The notes under the pieces were generated by a model. It had not been told where the DNA came from. It saw only the letters and a list, made by a program, of their open reading frames with translations, and did no database searches. Below are positions 12,701-21,698 of a stretch of DNA of 64,000 nt, one piece after another (within the stretch, counting starts at the first letter, position 1; each line of letters begins with the position of its first letter). The position numbers and the translations under genes were made by a program. Source of the stretch: Podarcis gaigeae. Lineage: Eukaryota. The stretch is taken from NCBI GenBank assembly GCA_964106915.2, contig OZ066917.1; one strand, 5' to 3'.

Positions 12701-14719
12701 CCATTTCCCTTACTTGCAACACAGGCATGATGAGGTGTTTCTTTTCTAGCACGGAAAGAAAATGGTGATTGATTAGCATAAGAGAAAAATATATCACCTG
12801 TGAATTTATGACAGGTAAGTCAGTTCCTCCTGGGTTGTTCTAATAAATCACACACTGACGATCCACCTAGCTTCTCACTGCTAACATACATTGATATTTA
12901 TCCTTTTGCTGATTCTTTTTCTCTCACTGACTCATGTTTGAACGTATTTTGTTTGCTAGTTACTACGCGATGGAGCATCAACATTTGACAGCTCTTGAAT
13001 GTTCTTCCCTGCTTTAGCGGCCAAAACTATGTTAGCAGTTTACTTCTCTGTACTGCTTTGCTTACCATTCTGTTTCAGCATTTTTCCATTCAGGTTCCAG
13101 CTCCTCAGATTGTTTCTCCTGCTACTGAAGCCTACTGCAATCCTTGGTGGACTTGAACAGGGACTGCCTCAAGTCATTCAGAAAATAGTATGATAATCCA
13201 CGTTAAGCAAATCTACTGGGAGCTTTACCTGTAAGGGGGATTGCAAAATGAATTTATGCATGTCAAATACATTCTCTGGGAGGCACTGTGATTTTAATTT
13301 TATTACAAATACATTTTAATTTTATCATTGGATTTTTATGTGTTCCACTTTTATACATCCCATAGGTGTGGTTCCCATAGGTGAAATACTTTGAGGAATG
13401 GACCATTGCATGGTTTCTCCAAAGATAGAGCTGACATTTTCGAAACTCAGTATTCCTGCTGTTTCTCAGATCATCATATATCTGCTATTTGCAATGAACA
13501 GGAGCTTCAGGAAGAAATAGCATGTTTGAAGCAGGGGGTGCTGCTGTTGGAAGGTCAGAAGCAAAATACTGCCTCTCCCCACTGGCTGCTACTGTGGAAG
13601 GGGCAAGTACAGCTGCTATTCATTGAAAAATATTTTTTCCTGTTGCTTTTTTATTGGTTTCTGTTACAGATAATTAGAAAAGGGAAATAAGTATGGAGGG
13701 GAGAGGGAGAAAACGTTTGAACTAGAATCTCCAGAAAGTGTTATAATATTGTTGAGATGCAGGTAGGTCCTTAACCAACTATTTGTTCTTCTGCTCTATA
13801 GTCTCTTTTGAGGTCCACTCTCAGTGAAGAAACCATTTTGACGTGTATAATATTATGGCAAGGAATTTGAGTCTGCTTACATTAGCATCAAAAAGACTCC
13901 ACAGTCACTCCTTTAGCGAAAGGTGGTGCTGATGAGATAGTTCTGAATATTTCACTTGGGCAGAAACACTTTATGCAACTATTCATAGACCCCTGTTCAT
14001 GTGGGAGCAAACACACCAACATTTGTTTTTTTAATCAGTTAAGGCTGCCTTGTGCATCTTCATCTGTTTCGTTTGCTCAGTCAAAGCCTCTGACAGCCAG
14101 AGCTCAGTAAAGTTTCTGTTTGGTGAATTTCCATTTGATAGCATGATTATTGCTTCTGGATTATTAGCATGGTGATTCATTGTAGCCGAGAACGAAAGGG
14201 GGGAGGGGAAACAAATCACAGTGTTGGGTGTTCTGGAACATTACTTTATTGCACAGATGCATGCAAGTTTAATTAAATGCATAGGAGTAGATGCTGACTT
14301 TGTTGTTCTTAGAGATAACTCATCAAAATCTGTGGAATTTAAATCAGTCCCATTCAGTCCAATAGGTCTGCTGTAACTCTGGAACCAACCTACTGGTTCA
14401 AGTGCAAATATATTCATCCACAAGTTTAGGCTGCAGATAAACCCATAGCAGATTCCTTTCTCCTAGATAATCCTCTATGTTCACTGAAAAGTCCTGGGGA
14501 AGCAAGGAGGACATGGAGCAGGACCTCTTTGTTACAGTGTCCCTTTTGTAACATTCAGTCCCAAGAGAAGTCTGCTTGGCTGCTGTTTGAAATCATTTGC
14601 GTGTTGAGGTCCCCAATCCACCCCCCAAAATAACTCACAACGGACACGTAATTTTTGTTTAAGATTTTTGGCATGATTTTGGCCACAGCTTTATTAAAAT
14701 ACAAACTGTGAGTGGTTGT

Positions 14720-15056
14720 TTAGGCATTGGTTAAGACTATCTGTCCCCCCGCCTGGGGACAGAACTGACTTCCGGGCACCACCGAAAGACAGTGCGGGGG
14801 AAAGCAAGTCGGGGAAGAATTGGAGCTGAGGCACAGACCCTCAACTCTCACCTGCCTGCTCCCCGAAGGCTTGCCGGCCCTAGTCCCATTCCAGGGATTG
14901 GACGAAAAGATGGCAAGCCCCAGGATTCCTTTAACGGAATTCCCTTTCCACAGCAACCATGGAGGGGCAGGCCCAGCCTATCCTGAACCCCTCCATGGAG
15001 GGGTAGGCCCAGCCTATCCTAACCCCTCCTCCACCAGATTTATAACCAATGCCTAA
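14720..15056 (-). ncRNA. Putative structured RNA/ssDNA domain in the 3' UTR of element A
   Basis: Perfect 14-bp closing inverted repeat (14720-14733/15043-15056) enclosing several hairpins that co-vary with 38253-38548 and 3555-3840. Function unknown. Confidence 0.6.
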
Positions 15057-15078
15057 CCGCCAATCGAGCCCTTTACGC

Positions 15079-15675
15079 TCACAATCCCAACAGATTCTTC
15101 AACCCTTCAATTACCGCATCCAACCAGACATCATTCCCCAGCTTGGAAAGATGTACCCCATCATTGCGGTAAAGGGCCAGAGCCTTGAAGGTAATATCCT
15201 GGTGGTAAATCACCAAACCACCCAATTCCGTTACCTTCTTGCTCACTGCGGAATTAATGCACTTCCTGGCCCTTTCAGCAGCCTTGGGTTGAGAAATGCC
15301 CTGCCAATTGCTCCTTTGCAGCAATTGTGACCAAAATATTTTAACGGTAGGTATTAAGGTCACCAACTCCCCCAAGTCTCTTTGAATCGTGGAGCGCAAA
15401 GTAGAGCATTCAACCTTTGCCATATCATTCTCCCCCAACTGCACCACAATTGCCAAAGGGGGACCATGTGAAAGCACCCTCCGTTTAATTAGTGGGATGA
15501 ATTCACTCCACCACATTCCCTGTCTGGATATCCACGACACCTGTACGTGCTGTGGGAAGCCAAGATCCGGTCCCCTTCCAGACTGCCTCGCTCTGATGCC
15601 AGCCCAGTAAACGATGCTGTGCCCCACAATCCAGATACAGACTGGAGCGAGACCTACAGGGTGGAGAACAAGCAC
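15079..15675 (-). CDS. SGNH/GDSL-family hydrolase encoded by the YR retrotransposon
   Basis: Open 198-aa frame (non-ATG start in the track) with block I IWIVGHS, block III QLGEND and block V RNDGVHLS. Confidence 0.85.
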   Translation of the reverse strand: MLVLHPVGLAPVCIWIVGHSIVYWAGIRARQSGRGPDLGFPQHVQVSWISRQGMWWSEFIPLIKRRVLSHGPPLAIVVQLGENDMAKVECSTLRSTIQRDLGELVTLIPTVKIFWSQLLQRSNWQGISQPKAAERARKCINSAVSKKVTELGGLVIYHQDITFKALALYRNDGVHLSKLGNDVWLDAVIEGLKNLLGL

Positions 15676-15692
15676 GCATCAAATACAATAAT

Positions 15693-16350
15693 TCAACATC
15701 TCTTCCGCACGTAACCCTTAAATGCATCAGACTTCCACCGGCCCAAGTCCTTAATCCTGTAGGCCGACAACCCCCAATGGGCTGCTGTTGTAGCAGCACC
15801 AATGCGAAAGGAATGGGGTGCGAAACCATAAGCCGGGACCCCACAAGCAGAAATAACCTTACGCATTACCTTGGAAAACTGATGCCATGCCAAGGGACGA
15901 CCATTTTTGTGAATGAATAGTGGACCCTCCCCTGAGGGCCTCACTGCTAAGAATTTCCTCAAATCCTTAACCGGGCAAGAACCCGGCTCCCCAGTTACGG
16001 GGAGCCTTATAACTGCCCCCCAACCCAATTGGTCCGTTTTCGAGTTATGCACCATGATTCTCACTTCCACAGGGGATAAACATACATCCTGAAGCAGCAG
16101 CCCCCTGGAACCGCCATCTCGCCTAGCCTCCATGACCACTTCCCCCACCCGTAATGCGGCAAAGAATGCAATTGAAAAGGCCGCCGAAAAAAGGCGGGCC
16201 TCATACTTGGACCAACAAAAGACCCAACTGCTTTGCTAGGGGGAGCAAGATGACCCCAACCTTCCAAGGCCTTGCGCACTACATTCCTGCCTGCTGTCCT
16301 GTGAAGGTTGGAGCCTATTCCAACCTTCTGAGACCCTGCGCACGACACAC
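15693..16350 (-). pseudogene. Tyrosine recombinase of the retrotransposon (catalytic domain open, N-terminus frameshifted)
   Basis: CWSKYEARLFSAAFSIAFFAALRVGE (catalytic R), SKTDQ, CPV, HSFRIGAAT, LGRWKSDAFKGYVR (catalytic Y). The upstream VRKALEGW lies in a different frame. Confidence 0.9.
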
Positions 16351-16599
16351 TTTTAGAAGGGTCTCTAAAAAATTAAAGCTTTACTCTAGCAGACATTGCA
16401 GCGGACTGAATTCTGATAGTTTTAACACTGCATCCGATCTGCAGCAGGTGGGCGAATTACTGCAGGTCCTGCTCAGAGGATGGGGGCAGGTTCCTCTGAA
16501 TGGCCGAGGACTGCCAGCTAAATTTTAAGAAATCAGTCCAGGCCTTCTCATAAGACCTGAAGCTCTCCAACTGAAAAAACGGGATAGAGCGACAGCAAA

Positions 16600-17891
16600 A
16601 ACATTAGATGATCCCAAAATAAAGCGAGCAGAAACACAATATTAAACCTTAAGCAGTGTGAAGACTCTGCCAGAGCATGAGGACCGTTTTGCCAGGACTC
16701 TCATACTGCCTGGTTATCAGACCAAGACAGACCCGACGGCCCCTAAACTCCTCAGTCCAGATGTGCACTGACACTACAATGGGGAAAACTTGAGAAAAGT
16801 TAGGTTACATGTGATTGCCTTGCCCTGCCAGGCTCAAGGCCACTGTACATGACGATGAAGGGACCCCGGGCCATGAGACCACCTGGCCAAGCAGGAATGG
16901 AAGGGGCAGCCTGGAGCAAAACCACCCTGCATGCAAAATTTAACTGACCTAGGAATGATAGGATCTGACAAAGCAACACTTGCTTCATAGGAAGCACTAC
17001 AAGAATAACATCCTTCAAGGCAAACAGCTTTTCCACAGGCAAGCAGATGTTTGAGCAACGGTACCCAGCTAGCCCCCAAATACGTTAAAAGGGGCAGTAG
17101 GACCCACTGTCCTCCACTGCCAACAGAACACCCAGCTCCTCAGGGAATAAAGGGGCATCTAGTAAGCTAAGCAGAGGCTGGTGTCACATGAACCAGCCAT
17201 AATCCACATAATGATACCCCCAGTTAAACGAGTCTTGACTTGCAATGTTTAATCCAGAAAGGCGCTAAAGGACTCAAGTGCTGCACAGCCTATTGAGCAA
17301 CCCACTGGCATCGCCTTATCAATATAAGGACCATCCAATTAAAGCCTAACTACTTAAAATCTTGGGGGTGAACCGGCAGCAGCCTAACAGCCGATTCAAT
17401 ATCGCATAATGCCAACAAGGCACCTCCTCCAATTTGTTGGTAAGCTCAACTGCCTGATCCAAAGATGCATATTTCACGGAACAATTCCGGAGGGATAGCA
17501 TCATTCACTGAAGTGCCTTTGGGATGCGATAAGTATGGATCAGATGGAATTATATGGGACTTTCTTAGGGACGATCCCCAAAGGGGATAAATGAAAATCG
17601 GGACTAGAAGGAGAATCAAGGGGATCCCACGATACGTCCCAATGCAAGCTGCTTCCTAACCTTCTTTCTGGCTACCACAGGTAGCTCTCTAACTGGCTTT
17701 TGAGTTACTGTATTCTGAGCCACTGGCTGAAAAGCCAGAGGAATCCCAAACCTTAGGAAAAACCCTTCCCACAAGCACAAAGCTACTGACCCATCTAGAT
17801 AACCTTTTAGCCAGACTTTCAAGGGAGATATTTTTATGGAAATATGGGTGAGAGGTATTGAGTTATTGCTTGCCAGCCCCCGCTTGGGCAA
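16600..17891 (-). pseudogene. Reverse transcriptase (/RNase H region) of the YR retrotransposon, with many stops and frameshifts
   Basis: Fragments read GIVPKK, LSHPKGTSVNDAI, CDIESAVRLLPVHPQDF, YIDKAMPVGCSIGCAALESFS and LGQLNFACRVV. The YxDD motif is degenerate. Confidence 0.85.
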
Positions 17892-17894
17892 GAT

Positions 17895-18120
17895 GCCCTG
17901 CCTTGCGTTGCCACCATGATGTGTAAATTTACAGGGCCAACACTGGCCAGAAACCCTAAAGAAGGCCCAACAAAGCTGCCACCGGGCCAGCTTCCTGCAT
18001 ACCAGCTTCAGGTTCTATTGCTCAGGGAATTTCCATTCGAAATGTGGAGCTGCGCAAGTGGTCCACATGTCCCCGTCCCTGCGATCCTAGCGAGCTAAGG
18101 GGATGATGGCAGCCCTGCGT
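17895..18120 (-). pseudogene. gag-like ORF C-terminal Cys/His zinc-finger remnant
   Basis: Minus strand reads CWAFFRVSGQCWPCKFTHH, resembling the C-W-x-F-N..C..CKF-x-H motif of DIRS/Ngaro ORF1, immediately upstream of RT. Confidence 0.55.
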
Positions 18121-18206
18121 CTAACATTCCCATCATAGTGAATTACCACTTATAGAATAGTGGGGGTTGGAAGGGACTCCGAGGATCATCTAGTCCACTT
18201 TCCCAC

Positions 18207-18207
18207 A

Positions 18208-18263
<56 letters not shown>

Positions 18264-18530
18264 CTATTTGTACCTCTGGGCAGCTTCCAACAAAATATTA
18301 AAATACAGTAATGCATCAAACAGTAAAAGCTTCTATAACAGGGCTGCCTTAGATGTCTTCTAAAAGTCTAGTAGTAGACATCTGGTGGGAGGGTGTACCA
18401 CAGGGCAGGTGCCACTTCCAAGAAGGCCCTTCACCTGGTTACCTGTAACTTGGCTTCTCACAGTGAGGGAACCACCAGAAAGGCCCTCGGCGCTGGACCT
18501 CAGTGTCCGGGTAGAGTGATGAGGGAGCAT
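18207..18530 (-). mobile_element. L2 LINE 3' fragment with (TTA)n tail nested in the gag region of element A
   Basis: Reverse-complement match to 43690-44055. Encodes HHSTRTLRSSAEGL. (AAT)n tract at 18207-18262. Confidence 0.85.
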
Positions 18531-19473
18531 GCAGCTGTCCCATACAGGGACCAATCCTGCAACCTAGGCATTACCGGCACCATACGCTGAGCAGCTGAGC
18601 TATCCAGGATGATCCCTAAAGACCTGGAACAGCCTTACCCTGACCCTTGGAGAGGTCCAAGGTGATGTCTGAATCATCATCAGAGCCCAGGGATGGTTTA
18701 CCTGCAAGGAGGTGTAAGCATCATCCCTGCTCCGCTTTTTCCTGCCTCTGAAGACGCTTCCTTCTGGAAGCAGGCACCTGGGGCATCAACAAGTCAGGAG
18801 AGGCAAGCTCTGGAGGCATCTATAAAGGCCCTGTCATAGTCTGCAAAAAGAAAAAACCTAAACAATGTGAGGAACAGGTGAAAGCAATGCTTTGTGCACC
18901 ACATGGGGATGCTATTCAGGCCAGAAATGCTGCCAGAGGCCATCAAATTCTAGGGCCAAGCGGGCCAAGCTAGGCCAGACATAAATGTTTCCAATGAGAT
19001 AACAAACTCGAGGCAGCCCACCACCTGTCCAGGTACCCCTGCTTGCCCTTTAGAGGGAAGCACCTCCTCAAGAAACCCAAAGTTCTTTTTGGGAGCAATA
19101 TCACAAATGGGCCGAACTACCCAGCAACAAATTAGTCCAAAAGGAGCAGCTTGTTTTGCTTTGTTATAACAATGGCTAAGTGGGGGATATGAAGCCTGTC
19201 TCCCAGGTCCTAGTCCTGTACTCTAGCCACTAAGCCACAATGGCTTGTCTCAAAAATGGCAGTCGCCACTATCAGGGAAAAACAAACTTGAAGAAAATAA
19301 ACTTGTTCAGAAACAGCATAGTTAAAGAGCATACAAAGAGTGCTCATTGGAGGCACAGAGAGCCTCTGGCTCCACTCTGTCTGCCTAAGATATACATTAG
19401 CAACAAGTGAGCCTGCAAACAAACAGATACATTCTTAATAGAGAGAATGAGTCACATGTCACAGAAATTTAAC

Positions 19474-19950
19474 AATTTACTGTACTGCTAACTGTAGCAC
19501 GCTTAGGCTTGAGTGATATGTGCAGGCCGAGCAGGCTGTGAAAGCCTCCATGCTTCTGCTTTCTGCCTTTTTTGTCTCATTGCAATATTAAAGGAACACA
19601 AAATAGTGCTCCTGCCCAAGGCTAGATTAAAATTCAGCCAACAGCACTGCAATCACCCAAAATAAGGCCAACCTATGAGGATACTATAAACGAAAGTGAT
19701 TCCAAGTAAGCTGGGAATTTACTGTACTGCTAACTGTAGCAGGCTTAGACCTGAATGATATGTGCAGGCCGTGAAGGCCTCCTTGCTTCTGCTCTCTGCC
19801 TTTTTGTCTCATTGCAATATTAAAGGAACTCAAAATAGTGCTCCCGCCCAAGGCTAGATTAAAATTTGGCTAACAGCACTGCACACACCCAAAATAAAGC
19901 CAACCTATGGGGACACTTATAAATGAAAGTGATTCCAGGTAAGCTGGGAA
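19474..19950. repeat. Two tandem ~240-bp units in the 5' leader of element A
   Basis: aatttactgtactgctaactgtagca...gtaagctgggaa starts at 19474 and again at 19716. Confidence 0.95.
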
Positions 19951-20865
19951 CAGCCCTGACTAGCCCCACAATTAAGCAGGCGAAAATGGGGAAAACCTTT
20001 TTGCAAAAGAAAGCCCCGAATGGGGGCTCTCTCCCTATTGGGAAAAGCAAGCAAAGGAGGATTATGCACAGGCAGTGCTCACAGGTACAGGGAGAATCTT
20101 CCCAAAGGGCAGGGTAAGGTGTGGGGTGGGAAATCAAACAGAAAAAGGGGGGAAATTAAATTAATTAAGGGACTAGAGAAGATTAAAAAGAGGGGAAAAT
20201 AAAGAAATGTAACCAGACAATGAGAAGATCGCTCCACTGTCCTCCAGACGGTCCAAGTGCTCCAGGTGATCCGTTGCACGCAGCAAAAGAGAAAGTACAA
20301 GGCTGCGTGCAGAGTATTTAAACCTTTTACCCCTCCCACCAAAATTGCAACATAACTTTTGCCCCAGCAACTCGGCAATCCAATCAATGCCCCCTGGCCA
20401 TCTTGGAGAACTTACCCAGCAACAAAGGGGTGGCTCAGTAGACCCCGCCGCAACACGTGCTCTCCCTGAAGGAGAACACGCTTTCCACCAAGAGTGAAAA
20501 CTTTACGCTTATAGAAAATACAGCAATATGAAGACTTGCCTATTTTATTTGTGTATATTGTGTGTTCAGCTACACAATATGTATTGTGAACTTGTTTTAA
20601 TCTTTGTTTTAGAAGTTAGCTTTTGCTATTATTTGGTTTTGAACTTTTCATTGACTTTTATAAGAACTTAATATTATAGGAACATTAGATACTAGGTGGT
20701 GATAGACAGGAGGTCTTGCCTCTCTGTCTACACAGATTCCACCTGCCCACACTTGTTTGGCACAGATCCTCAAGTTATAGTTAATAAATAAAATATAATC
20801 ATTTACCAAACTAGATCTGCTGAGTCTTCATTCTAGATGTGTGAGCAAAAAGGTGTCTGAGAACA

Positions 20866-20921
20866 GGAAGGAAGGAAGGAAGGAAGGAAGGAAGGAAGGA
20901 AGGAAGGAAGGAAGGAAGGAA
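20866..20921. repeat. (GGAA)n microsatellite
   Basis: Direct reading. Confidence 0.95.
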
Positions 20922-20944
20922 TACTTTTGAAGCTTTTAAAAAGT

Positions 20945-21330
20945 ACATTTCAGGCAAGTTAGGGGGGGATGTGATAGAGGTGTATAAAAAAATTCATTGT
21001 ATGGAGAAGGCAGAAAGGGAGATGTTTCCCTACATCTTACATACAATACTAGGACCCAGGGACATTCAAGGAAGTTGAATGGTGAGATTGTTCACACAGT
21101 AAGTACATAGTTAAATTCTAGAACTTGCAATATAAGATGTGGTGTTTGCAGCCAGCTTAGATGGCTTTAAAAGGTAGTGAGAGAAATTCATGGAGGAAAG
21201 GGCTACTAATGGCTTCTAGTCATGATTGGAGGCCATATGTCTCTGAGTACCAGTTTCTGTGGATCATGAGTGGGAAGAGTGAATGCCAGACTAGACAGGC
21301 CTTTGGTCTGATCCAGCAGGGCTCAACTTG
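20945..21330 (+). mobile_element. Old CR1 LINE 3' fragment
   Basis: Degenerate LRGDVIEVYK..HGMEK..TRGHS.KL..GFK..L.KFMEE-like sequence, followed by a CR1-type 3' UTR (ggcctttggtctgatccagcaggg). Confidence 0.65.
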
Positions 21331-21662
21331 TTCTCTGTGCCAAGTAGCTAATTGGTGCTGCTGTCTAGCAGAAGCTGCCCAACAGCTGGTGAAAGTCAAA
21401 GGAGAACGAGGTAGACAGAGTTCATGGCTCAAATGAGATCACAGTGGGAAAAGTTATAGTGATCTGTGCATCTGGTTCAGGAGCATGGTGTACATAGCCA
21501 TAGGTGATAGATGTGGGATTTTACCCACCAAGCACTTTTTTGCACATGTGAGGTTTATGCACAGTTACCTTTTTCTTCAATCTTTGTTCATTTAGGACAA
21601 CAGTTTGTGGCCTTCAGTGCTGCACATAGAAGAGTATTGGCATCACCAGAGTAGAAGGAAGA

Positions 21663-21663
<1 letters not shown>

Positions 21664-21696
<33 letters not shown>
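21664..21696. repeat. (GT)n microsatellite
   Basis: Direct reading. Confidence 0.95.

Positions 21697-21698
<2 letters not shown>

Larger units (their letters stand above)
14597..20482 (-). mobile_element. Tyrosine-recombinase retrotransposon (DIRS/Ngaro-like) with SGNH hydrolase ORF; full length but decayed (element A)
   Basis: Minus-strand order is gag zinc-finger remnant, RT, YR, SGNH hydrolase. Termini were defined by homology to 37209-38678 (5' AGCGTGTTCTCCTTCA..., 3' ...CAACACGCAA). No TSD seen. Confidence 0.9.

Noticed and set aside
13066-13226. Exon-like segment with AG/GT boundaries on the minus strand
   Set aside because: Stops in all three frames; cannot be supported as coding, although a non-coding exon is not excluded.
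14720-15056. Assignment of the structured domain to a known ribozyme class
   Set aside because: No hammerhead CUGANGA/GAAA core or convincing HDV-like pseudoknot found by eye; left unassigned.
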